DNA from: Podarcis melisellensis
Taxonomy: Eukaryota
Strand: one strand, 5' to 3'
NCBI GenBank assembly: GCA_964234715.1
Contig: OZ174279.1
Length of the DNA: 64,000 bases
Shown: one piece after another, positions 38,960 to 52,497 of the stretch
How positions within the stretch are numbered: position 1 is the stretch's first letter
Layout: every line of letters starts with the position of its first letter
Made by a program: the position numbers and the translations under genes
Notes under the pieces: generated by a model
The model's database searches: none
The model's input: the letters and a program-made list of their open reading frames with translations, nothing else
Told to the model about the DNA's origin: nothing

Positions 38960-39945
38960 GTTATTTATATGCTGCCCTACACCCATAGAACTGGGGACCG
39001 GGTGGCATTGTGGGTTAAACCACAGAGCCTAGGACTTGCCAATCAGAAGGTCGGCGGTTCGAATCCCTGTGACAGGGTCAGCTCCCATTGCTCGGCCCTA
39101 GCTCCTGCCAACCTAGCAGTTCGAAAGCACATCAAAGTGCAAGTAGATAAATAGGTACCACTCAGGCAGGAAGGTAAATGGCGTTTCCGTGCACTACTCT
39201 GGTTCACCAGAAGCAGCTTAGTCATGCTGGCCACATGACCCGGAAGCTGTACGCCGGCTCCCTCGGCCAATAAAGTGAGATGAGCGCCACAACCCCAAAG
39301 TCGGCCACGACTGGACCTAATGGTCAGGGGTCCCTTTACCTTTACCTTACACCCATAGATCTCAGGGTGGTTCACAACATGAAATTACAAAATACATAAT
39401 AAAAATAACAACAAAGACAACACAATAGTCCTCTCTTCCACAACACATTTAAAAGGTCATTAGATGTCAATCAGCCAAAGACCTGGTTAAAGAGCAATGT
39501 TTTCACCTAATGTCTAAAGATTCGTAAGAAATGTGCCAGGTTAGCTTCCCTGTGGAGAGCATTCCACAAATGAGGAGCCACTGCAGAAAAGACCCGTTCT
39601 CATGTTGCCACACTCCAAACCTCTTGTGGAGGAATCACACACAGAAGGGCCCCAGAGAATGATCTCAGGGTCTGGGTGTGTTCAAATGGAGGGAGGCAGT
39701 TCTTGAAGTATTGTGGTCCTGAACTGTTTAAGGCTTATAGGTCAAAACCAGCATTTTGAATTGGGCCCAAGAACTAATTGATAGCCAGTGCAGTCAGACC
39801 AGGATCAATGTAATATACTTAAACTGTTTTGCCCCGGTGAACAACCTGGCCACTGAATTCTGTGCTAGCTGAAGTTTCCAAAGTGTCTGCAGAAGCAGCC
39901 TGATGAATAATGTGTTGCAGTAATCTAACCTAGAGGTTACCAGAG
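38960..39945 (-). mobile_element. L2 LINE 3' portion (host of the Sauria SINE)
   Basis: Minus-strand peptide LVTSRLDYCNTL...KLQLAQNSVARLFTG...ITLIL (L2 ORF2 hallmark) plus 3' UTR. Confidence 0.85.
38990..39347 (+). mobile_element. Sauria (POM/Squam1-type) SINE, full length
   Basis: tRNA-like head gggaccgggtggcattgtgg...ggttcgaatccc, body ...gtagataaataggtacc..., (ACCTTT)n tail, 12-bp TSD TACACCCATAGA (38978-38989 and 39348-39359). Confidence 0.92.
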
Positions 39946-42001
39946 TACAGCTGCTCCAAAAGGATACCATGGTCAATGGTAGCAAAAGCCGTTGAAGTTG
40001 AAACATCATAATGAAATAGCTGTAGTTCCTAACTGCTGTAACACCTACGTGTAAAAAAATAATATATAATTTCATTGCTAAAGAAGTTATTTGGAACTTG
40101 GATGAAGAATGTAGTTACTGTAGCTTCTTTTAGAAGTGGAATCTAGCTTGACTTTTATAAAATGCATTTTATTATTCTGAAAATACACAAAAATTTTGCA
40201 AAAGACTGTTATTATTCTGAAAATAATAAAGCTAATTCTTATATGCTGCTGTATTTCACAATATCAAATTGTATTCTGTGTTTTCCATTAATATTCTGTA
40301 ATACAGAGTAATTGGGAGTTTTCATAATTAAAGCTTCAGCACCATGGATAGTAGAAAACCAAGGAAAACATACCATGATTTGAAGACAGGCTTTCTATAT
40401 TTTCCTTCCAAACTCAGTTAATTGCACACAGGAGACATTTAGGGTAGTTACTACAGTTGTTGATTAAAGCATAGAAGAAGTCTATTTGCACCCACCCACC
40501 CATCCACCCAAAAAACCTATAGTTCATCTGAACATTTTTTTTGTAAAAAACCCTCTGAGTAGACACACTAGAAATACTGCTGACAAGAAAAAAAACACCA
40601 ATACAAATGCTGTTCTATTTGAATATAAACTCTGTACAATTATGTAATGGTGTCAAATGCCATGCTAACGAATGAGTACAATGAAATAAAGGTCACATTT
40701 TGGCAATCCTGTGTTAGTAAGAGTAGGCTGCAGTGTTCTGAGAGTACTTTTGCCTGGTGTATGATGACCCCTGGTGAATTCTAAGGGATGTGTTCTCATG
40801 GAAATTTCTTGTAGCCAAAAGAAAACCTTCACAATTATACCATGGCTTCAGGCATAAAAATATAGGTTGATATAAAAGCACTCGCTCCACTGCTGACTCC
40901 TTAATGAGCCTGTAAACTCCAGCCTACATTTATTGGTGCCTGGTTTTAAGAGATGGCCGCAAAAATGTGCCAGGGCAGCAGCTTTTACAGAATATTGTTT
41001 TTCGCATTTTCAGCTGCAGGTCAATCATGGCTTTGAGAACATTTTATGAGGATACAGCCAAAAGGTCAGAGTTCAGGAGACTTTTGCAGAGCAGGCAGAG
41101 AAGCTACATCACTTCCCAAACACTGAAACCCATAGAGTGAGAAGGATGTTTTATGGATTCATGTTAAGCGCAGAAGAAACAACACCTGATATTAGACTGA
41201 CTGATAGCTTTGGAAATTTCATAAACTTTTGTATGTTACAAGAATCTCTAACAGATTGGTAGAGTCAAATGTTGCTAGCAATCCACATTAGGAAAAGACT
41301 GTGTTATCAACATTTAGATTGTGAATGAGCAGCAATGATTTAGTTACAGACTGTAAAGCTTTTAAGCTCATGGGCACAAACCCTTTCAGAAATTAGTTGC
41401 ACATAACATTTAAGTAAGGCCTGTTCCATTCTCTACCTCCATTTGGATTGTAAAGAGCTCTTTTAAGATTAAAAAAAGAAAGAAAAAACAGATGTAGCAG
41501 AACAAAATCTGCTGTTATGTGAAATAAAGATATTATCTATCCAAGAACATGTCTGAACTTTTTTGTGCAAAGTATGGTTAGAGGGATGGGAAACATGTGG
41601 CCTTCCAGTTGTTATTGAACTACATTTCTAATTATCCCTAACCATTGACCATGCTAAGCTGATGGGAGCTGTAGTCTAACCACATCTGGAGGTCCTGAGG
41701 TTCTTTATCCCTGCAATAGTAGCAACAGGTATACTCAGTTGTCAACCACAAGCTCACTAGATAGCAGGAGTGACCATTGAGGAGTGGTCACTGCCACTGT
41801 TGCATACTGGGTTGGGGCAGGGCAGGGCAAGGCAGCAGCAAGGTGCACTGGCAGAGCCAATCCAGTGCTCCCACTCACCTCTACAACTGCACTGCCTCAC
41901 CTCTACATCTTATTGGTAAGTAGCAACAAAACTGGTGCTGGGGGGGGCAGTTATTCTGCAACACTCCTCCTACCTGCCAGATATCCTCAGGCAAGCCATG
42001 T

Positions 42002-42288
42002 AGCCATGGTGTAGTGGTTAAGAGCAATAGTCTCGTAATCTGGTGAACGGGGTTTGCATCCCCGCTCCTCCACATGAAGCTGCTGGGTGACCTTGGGCCA
42101 GTCACACTTCTCTGAAGTTTCTCAGCCCCACTCACCTCACAGAGTGTTTGTTGTGGGGGAGGAAGGGAAAGGAGAATGTTAGCCGCTTTGAGACTCCTTT
42201 GGGTAGTGATAAAGCGGGATATCAAATCCAAACTACTACTACTACTACTACTACTACTCTTCTTCTTCTTCTTCTTCTTCTTCTTCTT

Positions 42289-42317
<29 letters not shown>
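42002..42317 (+). mobile_element. CORE-type tRNA SINE (Squam3-like) with (ACT)n(TCT)n tail
   Basis: A box tggtgtagtggttaagag, CORE-like gctgggtgaccttgggccagtcac, L2-type tail agccgctttgagactcc...aaagcgggatat, compound microsatellite 42233-42317. Confidence 0.8.
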
Positions 42318-42319
<2 letters not shown>

Positions 42320-43019
42320 TTTCTTTCATTTTCTGAGACTAAATACTCTGATCTGCTAAAAGCTGCACTGTTTGTTTAGACCTTTGAGCTGGGTGATTTT
42401 TGAAAAATATATTTTAAAAACTGAAAGGTCTGCTTAAGTAAACATGAGTAAAATCCAAATATGGAAAGCTGGTATTCATAAAACAACACACCGCTTTAAC
42501 ATTGTCCATAAGCACTTTGTTAAATTACTGTTTTAAAAGTTCATTAAAGAGCTCAGCTTTACCTAATAAATCAGATTAGACAGAACTATGGATTTAGACT
42601 TCTTTTGTAAGTGGTACATGTTTTATCCCTAGAACAGATATTTATTCTCTGTTTGACCTTAAGAAAACAAGATATTAATCACAAACTGTTATCATTTTAG
42701 ATGGCAATTTAGATTGCAGTACTTTAATTCATGTTCTCTCTAGCACTTACTAATTATATATTCAAGCTAGTTTTTATCTGTTTTGGATACGTGATTTAAC
42801 TTAGCATGATATAGCAGCTTTTCTTCCTAACTATGATATATTTTAAGTGGATATTTTTTCCCCCACATCTCCACTGTTTACAAAAGTCACCGTAGTCTTT
42901 GACATGCAGATTTATTTCCCTAATAAGCATGTTTGTTACAAATAATTACAAGGTAGTTTGCGGATTGCAGCTTTACCATGGCATGTGTTACATATTAGCT
43001 GTGGGAAAACACAACACTT

Positions 43020-43180
43020 NNNNNNNNNNNNNNNNNNNNNNNNNNNNNNNNNNNNNNNNNNNNNNNNNNNNNNNNNNNNNNNNNNNNNNNNNNNNNNNNN
43101 NNNNNNNNNNNNNNNNNNNNNNNNNNNNNNNNNNNNNNNNNNNNNNNNNNNNNNNNNNNNNNNNNNNNNNNNNNNNNNNN
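43020..43180. other. Assembly gap (161 N)
   Basis: Run of N. Confidence 1.
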
Positions 43181-43856
43181 NAGGCAAGGACCAACACAAA
43201 GTTTATTTAAAGCAGCTACATGTATAGAAAGTTTTGTTTTTGGAAAAATAATACGCTACCTGGAATAAGCCATTCTAAGACTGCAGTTGTTTGGCCTGGG
43301 AAAGATATCCCAAGGGCCATGGGATTAGTCAGATTTCCCCCTCCAAACTCAAAGAGAGCACTCTTGACACCAGAGAGAAGGACCAGAGGTTGGGTGCCTT
43401 CTCTGCACCACAAAAGCATCTGAGAGAGATCTGACACTGGTTGGGCAAAAAGGAGACAGGTTGGTGTCATGCTGGGATGGAATGGGTGAGAGCTTGGATC
43501 TGAAGGATCCATGCTTTCTTCATCTCTTACATGCCCCTAAACCTGGGAGAAGTTTATGTTAGTTCCAAATCTGGTGCAGACCTTTTCCTTGTATCATTTC
43601 TCCCTTGTTCTCAACAAGGGATTCCCCAACCCTCCCCACTCCAAAAGACCAGAGGAATGCAAGAACACTCCCTTACAACCTGCTGGTCATAGCCTGGCAG
43701 GGCATAGGTTAAGGTCGTTGAACTGCCTTTGCTTCCTTCCTTGCCCCCCCCTACCTTAGGATGGCAGGCTAATTCTTGATAAAAGGCTGTATGGATGCCT
43801 TGAGGAGTATGCTCCTATGATAAACAAATGAAGCAGGTTTATTCTTTGTCAGAATT

Positions 43857-44022
43857 ATGAAGCAGCCTTATTCTGTGTCTTGCTCAGCACTGTCTGTTCT
43901 AACTTGCAACATCTCTCCAAGGTATCCAACAAAAGTATTTCCCCAGTTCTGTTATCTGAGATGCCAGGGATAGAACTTTGTAACTTCTACAAAGCTTACA
44001 CTCTGCTGATGAGCTATGGCCC
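43857..44022 (-). mobile_element. tRNA-derived SINE, degraded
   Basis: Minus strand starts gggccatagctcatcagcagag; plus strand has gagatgccagggatagaac. A related copy lies at 62575-62882. Confidence 0.55.
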
Positions 44023-46933
44023 TTTTGATGTCTTGGGGCTTAATCCCACAATCTTGTTATTACCGTATGTCAATATGGTTCTTGGAACTCTTCATCTGCC
44101 ATGATACTGTATTACTGAGCATCTTGCCATAAGCACTAGCTGTCCCTCAAATTACCCTCTGTAGAAGCCTTCTAAAAGCACAAACCACCTATTTCTTCCT
44201 TTCTGCTTTGACGAGAATGAAGATTTTCACACATACAATTCTGAAAGGTTGAGGGTAAGGTAGAGAAAACTGCCAGCAAGGCTCAAGGATTTTACAGCTG
44301 ACAGTTACTAAGATCTAGGGTGGTAAACAACCCATCTGACACTTTCTCAATTCCTTTAAAAAGTCTTCACACAGAAAAAGGCCATGGCAGATTGTGCCCC
44401 GTAAAATTCCAATTCCTTTTGTTAAGGTTGTGCGTTTTAGAGTGCTGGATGTGCCTATCATTTATGGAACATTTATCAATTTCGTTCAATCTTGAGAACT
44501 TTATGCCAGTCTGTATGCCATGTAGTGTGGCTTCACTTGGCTTTGATGGGAAGGTGTATTTGAAGATGACAGTACATATTTAGCAGCTGTTTAGACTATA
44601 AGAACTTTCAGAGCAGATTGACACAGAAAAATATATCTTTCCACTCCCCTCTTTTCCATTTGACAAATCAATAATAGCAGGTCACTAGCAGGAGCTCATT
44701 TTTAAGCACATTCAGGAACATTCTATTGTTATATTTACACTTATCTCACCATGGGATACTTTTGAAAAGTCACATTAGCCCTGGTACTGGTTTCAAAACT
44801 ATTAAAAAGTGTGTGCTTCTGTACTGGTAATGTTAGCATCTCTCTGCTCTGGATGAATTCCACCAAGTAACCTCTCTAGAACTGAAAGATGTGCAGCTTA
44901 GCAAATTGTGTTTCTATTTTGATCTGCAATAAATTATTTATAATTATTCTTTAACAACTTATCCCTCAAATGTTGCTAGCTTAAACTTTGTGCTGGTGTT
45001 CATCTCAGCAACTATTATTAATAAATAAATTATAAATAACTAAGTAACGAACTAACTAACTAAATAAATAAATAAATAATATCATTTATTATTTAATAAA
45101 TAATAAAGGTCCATAGCTGAAAGGAACCTAAGAACCATGTAGTTAATCCAGAGATATTTCAGAAAGGGAATTTTTTTATTCATAATTCTATAGACTAAAC
45201 AAGCTAAATAACTAGAAAAAACCAAGAATCTTGTGGCAACTTCAACTAATACATTTATTGCAGATTAAGCTGGACTCAGCAAATGGCAAAAAATGAAGTC
45301 AAAGTACTAAATGAACACGTAATTTTATAGCATAGATATTAAAGTGTTTTAAAACTTTACAAAGTTTAATTTGTTGCCTATAGAATATATAATAATAACC
45401 AAATAGTCATATGTGACCTCACAACACTGAAAAACAGACACCGTGCATACTGTCAAATCAATGCTCATTTAGTACCTTGACTTTATTTATTCTTTCGTCT
45501 CTATTGAATGGTCAGGGAATACATTCTCTAGGTTTGTTTTTCACTCAGCAAGTGGCAGCTATAGAGCAAAATACATCTCATCTGTTCCCCTCTTGGCCCC
45601 CTCAAACACAAAAGGGTATGTGCAGAGGGAGTGCACTTACAGAATAGGTGAGATCTGAGCCTCCAGGTTCTCCAATAAATATGGTAACTGTCCAATGCCC
45701 TAACTTAAATTATTGCATCAATCAGATTCTTGTGTGACATCACAATTCTTTGTCTTGCAACTAATTGATGAAGACATTCAAGGGGCTGCGAAAGAAGCAG
45801 CAAACACATATTTCATATTTTATTTCCGACATGAACTATCTATAACAGACAGGCTACAGAAAAGCTCTCACAATATGGGGCATGTTTTGTTCTCTTCTAA
45901 TTTCCTCTCATTCTGTTAGGTCAGACACAGCATTGCTTTGAACATCTTGCCAGAAAATGCTGGAGGGTTGGTCAGTGTGAGAAACCGGACGGTAGGCTAG
46001 ATGTCTCAGTGGTATAACCCAGGAGGCTGCTATTTTCTTACTATGCGATGTATATTCACCCATGACATATTTTAGGTTCTCTCAAGATAAATCCTAGCAG
46101 AGCACTTCTGAAAGGAAGAAGCACTGAAATTTCAATCCTTGAGGGTGATGTCAGTCCCAAGTGATAGACCCAGGTATCTCTGACCAAGTTGTGTTAAATG
46201 ACCTGAAAAGAGAGCTTCAGGAGGTAGTTGAAGCCAAAACAATGCATTAATTGAGAAAAAAATTAACCCATTAAGGATGCAAACAGCTCAACACACTGCA
46301 TGCTAAAGGGGCAGTTTAATCTTTGGTTTTTTTAAAAAAGGCATTGTGCTATTTCTTTAGCATCTGATCAGTCCATATGGAACATCTATATAAGATAGGG
46401 GGGGGGGAGAGAATTATTTTTTTGAAGTTACCATCAGGAAAACAGAAATCGCAATAAATAAATAATGCATCAACTATATTTTCAAAGAAGGTTAAGAGCC
46501 AAGGGCTTAGCTTCTGCCACCAGAAAACATAATTTCATAACTCTTAGACTTTTGAACTAGAAGATAATGCCTTTCAAAATTAGTTTTCACTGTGTTTCCA
46601 AAGAGGCAGATAAAACCATCTATAAAAAGATCCTGGGTATGCACTACAGAAACAATCATCTGTTTCTTTCAAAGTTTTTATATAGATACAGGAACAGTAT
46701 ATTGGTAAAGTCAAGAATTCTTAATGTAGGTCTTTTATCTCACACAGGGAAATCAGAAAGAACCTACCAAAAAAACAACAACCTCTTCATTGCATTCAAA
46801 GATATCTAATGAAACCTGAATGTATTTGAGGAGTGTAAATAATATCCTTTCTATGCACCCCAAATAAGGCAAAGATTTGAAAGACCCTTCTTAGGTCATT
46901 CATACACACACACACACACACACACAGAGAGAG

Positions 46934-47140
46934 AGTGGTACCTCGGGTTAAGAACTTAATTTGTTCTGGAGGTCCGTTCTCAACCTGAAACTGTTCTTAA
47001 CCTGAAGCACCACTTGTGCTCCGGCAGCGCGGCAGCAGCAGGAGGCCCCATTAGCTAAAGTGGTGCTTCAGGTTAAGAACAGTTTCAGTTTAAGAATGGA
47101 CCTCCAGAATGAATTAAGTACTTAACCTGAGGTACCACTG
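46934..47140. mobile_element. Tigger/pogo-like MITE, symmetric variant
   Basis: Termini AGTGGTACCTCGGGTTAAG and CTTAACCTGAGGTACCACTG-TA; both arms derive from the same end of the family. Confidence 0.85.
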
Positions 47141-48558
47141 TAGTTTCATACTTTCCACCTTTTTGCTTCTTCCTGAGAGCCGATTGATACACCCTACACT
47201 GGGGTACCAACCTGAATAAAATTTGAGGGTGGTGCAGGTAAGCCCTGCCCTGTATAATCGGCCACAAGATGCGGCACATGCACAGCATTTGAATGGCAAT
47301 GCCTATTAACTTTGGGTGGGTGAACCTTCAAATATTTTTAGGGGGGGGACAAAGGGACCTCAGCCCCCAGGAGTTGGCTCCTGCATTTTAAAACATTTGG
47401 TTAGCATCCACTTTCACTCCATTTGAGAAGTTGTTTCCTTTGGGTAAATATGTGTCAGGTGTAGAAATCATAAAAATTTGCCCACTTTTGAATGGCAAAG
47501 ATCTGGTAAAGATCTAGTAAAGACCTTAAACTTTTCAAGGAAAATATGTAATTTTTAATTCTTCCTCAATGAATTCTGTTTGTTGAGTGATGGATGCCCC
47601 TGAATGAGATTTTATTCGCACCCCACTTCCCAGATTAACACACATTTTCTGGCGCTCTATTAGACCCCCCTCTTCCCTCCATTTTCCTGCACCCCCTCCT
47701 AATGTCCTTCTTTGTTTCTACCACTATTAAGTTAAGCTAGGGTTATAATCTCTTCTGCAATGAGCAGTCACTCCCTTCCCCAACTGGTTCTTTCCTTCAG
47801 CATACATGAATCAGCTGTGGCAATCGTCCTCTGGCCTAGCCAAGGTTTTCCCTTCAAATATGTTATTCTCTACATCTGTCCCTAGGTGGTACAGTCCTGT
47901 ACAAAGTGCTGCACATGCCTCCTTGAAACATTTTAATTGGGTTTTAAATGGTTCTAGAGAGACACTTTTCAGAGTAAGCTGAGACTGTGTATGCTCCAAA
48001 TTAAAAAGAGAGAGCATCTGCTGATGAGTTTAATGATCTGCTCAAATATATTTTTCAACATTGTTACAGTTGTCACCAATAACACTGCTTCTCTGTCTTT
48101 TTTTTCATGCTAAAATGATAGCTGCATTTACCACATGGATGACAAGGGACTAGTTTCCTTAGCAACAGTAATCATATAAAAGCCTTATGTACACTTAGAC
48201 TGTTCCTCTCATTTTTTCTTATTTGGATGTGAAGATAGTTGAACTGGGTGCTGAAAGCCCAAATGAAATCATTTGGCTCACATGGAGCTGAGCTGAACTT
48301 GACTATAAAGGAAGACCTTGGGGAAAATGCCTCTCATAATGGTAATCCAAATGCATGTCAGGCTTTCTGGTTTCAAGGAGCACAGATGTTTTAATTATTC
48401 TTTTCTTTTTCCCTTCCCTTTTCTTTTTCTTTCTTTTGCAAAAAGTTGATACGACACAAAGTATGCTTTGGGAATGCAATTTATCCAAAGTCAACATATT
48501 GAATACATTCTGAGATATTGAAGTGTTGGAAAGAGATAGAATGTTCATTTTTGCAGTA

Positions 48559-48822
48559 CCGTATTTTTTGCTCTATAAGACTCACTTTTTCCCTCCTAAA
48601 AAGTAAGGGGAAATGTGTGTGCGTCTTATGGAGCGAATGCAGGCTGCGCAGCTATCCCAGAAGCCAGAACAGCAAGAGGGATTGCTGCTTTCACTGCGTA
48701 GCGATCCCTGTTGCTGTTCTGGCTTCTGAGATTCAGAATATTTTTTTTCTTGTTTTCCTCCTCCAAAAACTACGGTAGGTGCGTCTTGTGGTCTGGTGCG
48801 TCTTATAGAGTGAAAAATACAG
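48559..48822. mobile_element. Tc1/mariner-type MITE
   Basis: TIRs TA-CCGTATTTTTTGCTCTATAAGAC and GTCTTATAGAGTGAAAAATACAG; internal hairpin cagaagccagaacagcaa / ttgctgttctggcttctg. Confidence 0.85.
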
Positions 48823-49572
48823 CACTTATTTGAAGTTGGTAATGAGGGGACCCGGTATAACTAGACGTGCAAAAATATCAACTAAACATTTTGCCAAATT
48901 TAAGAACTTTTCCTTAGCTGTGGATGTGGTACTACTATAAAACTTAGAATACACTTTTTCTCCAAATGTTATTTTTAATTGTAAGTCCATTAATTTCAGT
49001 CGGTCAAGTCTTTAGAAAACCTAGTTGAATAACAGCCAATGTGAATAAATGATGCTGCAACCCTAAACCCACTTACTTGATTCTACTGATTTCAATTGTG
49101 TTTTTATAATATAAAATAAATAAAAAGGTCCATATCAATTTGCTTAGGAGTGGGGTATAAAAACATGCAAGGTGCACAGCTAATGGGGGGGGGGCATAAG
49201 AATTTGGCAGCCTCTCTCCATCACACATTCTCTCATGATCACTAGAAGCCTGACAGCTTGAGCTGAATCCAAGTTCTGAATCTAGCAGGCAGCAAGCATC
49301 TGACTTTGAGTTGCTTTATATAGTAACCCACAATGGGCTTAAAATTAATAATAGAGATGTTATATTGAAGTATGGAATGTCTCTATTTCTTACAGCTTGG
49401 AAACTATCCCCTACCTATAGGAATGGAATTGTTGGCAAACTTTTACCATACCTTGATTTTAAAAAATGTGAAATGCCTGGATAGAATTTCCCTGAGACCA
49501 GCCCTGCATTTTTCCCTGTACCAAATATGTGTTTGCTGTTTACTATCCAGCTGTATGTTGAATGTCCTCCCA

Positions 49573-49573
<1 letters not shown>

Positions 49574-49618
<45 letters not shown>
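49574..49618. repeat. (CA)n microsatellite
   Basis: Direct reading of the sequence. Confidence 0.95.
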
Positions 49619-49619
<1 letters not shown>

Positions 49620-50130
49620 AGCCCTGATCCAACAATGCACAATTGCAGCATCTAGGGCTGCATACGCATAACCCTAAAAGCAATGAGAAACACATCTTTC
49701 TTTTGCATGGTATGAAGATTGCATTGGGGGGCCTTAATAAACCCTTAACCTCAAACAACAGACTGTTCCATTCTAGCTCCTTCAAAATGCTATGCAGAAT
49801 ACCCACCTCCATAGCCATGTGTGCATATGTGGCAATGTTTTCTGTCAAAATGGGGACTGCAGTTATGTGTTTGCAAAATGGAAGGCACAATCCAGTTTGA
49901 TTTAATCCACAAGGAGGCATGTGTTTATGTTCTTTGGGTCTTTTTTTATTGCTGCATCTAATTTTAATTGTCATGAGCTTAACACTGTAAATGCCTTTTT
50001 AAAAAAGGTGTAGGTAGTCAAAATGTTAGGGCCAATATAATTGAACTGGTTTATTTCCAGTCTAGAACATTGGCTGGGCACAAGCAGGAGCCAAGCATAA
50101 GAAGACTCTCCCCTCCTGCAGTTTCCAGTA

Positions 50131-50356
50131 CAGTGGTACCTCGGGTTACATACGCTTCAGGTTACAGACTCCCCTAACCCAGAAATAGTGCTTCAGGTTA
50201 AGAATTTTGCTTCAGGATGAGAACAGAAATTGTGCTCCGGCAGTGTGGCGGCAGCAGGAGGCCCCATTAGCTAAAGTGGTGCTTCAGGTTAAGAACAGTT
50301 TCAGGTTAAGAACAGACCTCCAGAATGAATTAAGTACTTAACCCAAGGTACCACTG
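50131..50356 (+). mobile_element. Tigger/pogo-like MITE
   Basis: TA-CAGTGGTACCTCGGGTTA ... TAACCCAAGGTACCACTG-TA; inserted into a CR1-type fragment. Confidence 0.9.
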
Positions 50357-51909
50357 TAATGGGTATTCTGGAGAGTTGCTTCTCCTTCCCCGGAAATAAA
50401 GGGGCAATTTGAACATTCCTGTCAAACACCTTAAAATCCCCAGAGGGGTTTTAGCATATTGTTCGGGCTTACACTTAAAAAAAAATGTTTTGCAGTAGAC
50501 CATGGAACTTACTCTGACTCAATACTTAGCTTGGTAGTGGACCAATAAATACCATTTTTGTCACACAACTTGATCTTATGCATAATTGCTCCAAGACCAT
50601 GATATTCATTTAAGATGCGGAACTTTCTCCCAAGTAATTTTTCATGAGATTGTGGAGTCTTTTCGTAGTTCTCTCTTTCCTCTTCCCTGTCTCCATTAGC
50701 ATCCTGCCCTAGGACTGAGTTATGATTATGGTTATGGCATTAGTTCTGCTAAGTTTAATAAAATACTAAGTATGAAGTCAAAAGAGACAAGCAGCCCTTT
50801 ATGGTATAGCTATTCACTGAGCAGCATGTATAACTGCCTGACAGGGGAACCTTCTCTCCTCAGAGATGTGCATGACCTCTGTAATGCAGATTTTAAATAA
50901 AGAACTATGTTGCAAAATGCAGCTCTCCTTTAACTCTTCTGCTAAAGAACTATGTTGCAAAATATCACTCTTCTTACATTGTTTTTTTAATCTTTGCACA
51001 ACCTTTCTAACTATTACTGCTGCCACCTTTGCTAATTTAGGATTGTTTTCAAACTGCATTTATAGTGTTTTGATTATATTATTATGTTTGGGGGAATAGC
51101 CCCGAAAGTGCTGCATATAAATAAACAAAAAAACAACAACCACACTTTTATATAACAACCCTGAGGTCTTTCCAGGCCTCCCACAGATAAGGCTGCAAAG
51201 TGCTTGCATCTTTTATTTGGAAACACAGAGTTTGGTCTCTGTTGCTTTTCTGAGTCTTTTCTCTCCAAAGACCCTTAACTTGACAGGCAGTTATCAAAAT
51301 ATTGTCAAAAGGGCCTTTTTATCCCCCCCGAATGATGTTGCATACTGGTAGGTAAAAATATAAATCTGAATTTCCAAGCCCTTGTCTGTCTACAAAAGCC
51401 TATACTATTAATAAAAACAGAACTCCAGTATCACAGGCAGCACACCTCTGAATTCCAGTTCCTGGGGGCATGAGTGAGAGAAGGCTATATGTCCTGCTTG
51501 CAAGTTTTGCATAGGCTTCTGGTTGGCTACTGTGGGAACAGAAAGCTGGATTAGATAGGCCTTAGGTTTCATCCAGCAGGGCTCTTCTCATGTTCTTAGA
51601 AGTGTAAATGTAACCTTCTCAAAGGAAAGGAACTCTATTAGAGACAGTCACTAATAGCTGGGATTAAAACAGGCCAGGACTTCATTAAAGGAACACAGCA
51701 GAAGATGCTAGCTCTTAATACCTGTGTGGATGAGGTTGGTTGTAGGCTTTCATCCTGAGATGATAAGGAAGATTAGCATGGGCAGTCAGCTGCAATGTCG
51801 CACCAGCATAATTTAGCAAATTTTGAAAGTAAACCTGATAAAGGCATCTATTCCACTTGGAAGTGTGAGGCAGCTTGCCCATTGGAGATTCCAATATTCT
51901 TAACAACTA

Positions 51910-52150
51910 CAGTGGTACCTTGGGTTACATACGCTTCAGGTTACAGATGCTTCAGGTTACAGACTCTGCTAACCCAGAAATAGTACCTCGGGTTAAGAAC
52001 TTTGCTTCAGGATGAGAACAGAAATCACGCGGCGGCGGCAGCGGCAGCAGGAAGCCCCATTAGCTAAAGTGGTGCTATAGGGTTAAGAACAGTTTCGGGT
52101 TAAGAACAGACCTCCGGAACGAATTAAGTACGTAACCAGAGGTACCACTG
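51910..52150 (+). mobile_element. Tigger/pogo-like MITE
   Basis: TA-CAGTGGTACCT ... AGGTACCACTG-TA; same family as 50131-50356. Confidence 0.9.
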
Positions 52151-52299
52151 TATGTGGTTTTTTCCATGCCCACACCGGTTCTTCTGCTATAGGAAGGTAT
52201 CAGCCAAGCCTAACTAAAATCTTCCTGACCACATCCCAGCTACCATATTCCTTGTATAAAGGAATATATTTATACCTAAACAAATAGTGCTTCATAGAT

Positions 52300-52489
52300 C
52301 GGAGCTTTCTAAACTTTTCCTTTTGGTGACACACTTTAGACATGCAGCATTTCATGACACAGTAATTCAGTTTTACTAGCAAACCGGAGATTAAACTAAC
52401 CCCTTTCCAGCCCCAGGAGGAGAACAGGGAACGTTCGCAAGATACTCCTACACACTAGCATGTCGCGACACACAGTTTGGAAAGCTGTG
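52300..52489. mobile_element. hAT MITE (older copy)
   Basis: Imperfect TIRs CGGAGCTTTCTAAACT and AGTTTGGAAAGCTGTG; flanks TCATAGAT and CTCTAGAT (degenerate 8-bp TSD). Confidence 0.7.
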
Positions 52490-52497
52490 CTCTAGAT

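Noticed and set aside
41027-41140. 37-aa ORF MALRTFYEDTAKRSEF... after an acceptor-like site
   Set aside because: No recognisable homology or supporting exon chain; compatible with chance.
42899-43227. ORFs spanning the N run
   Set aside because: Artefacts of the assembly gap.
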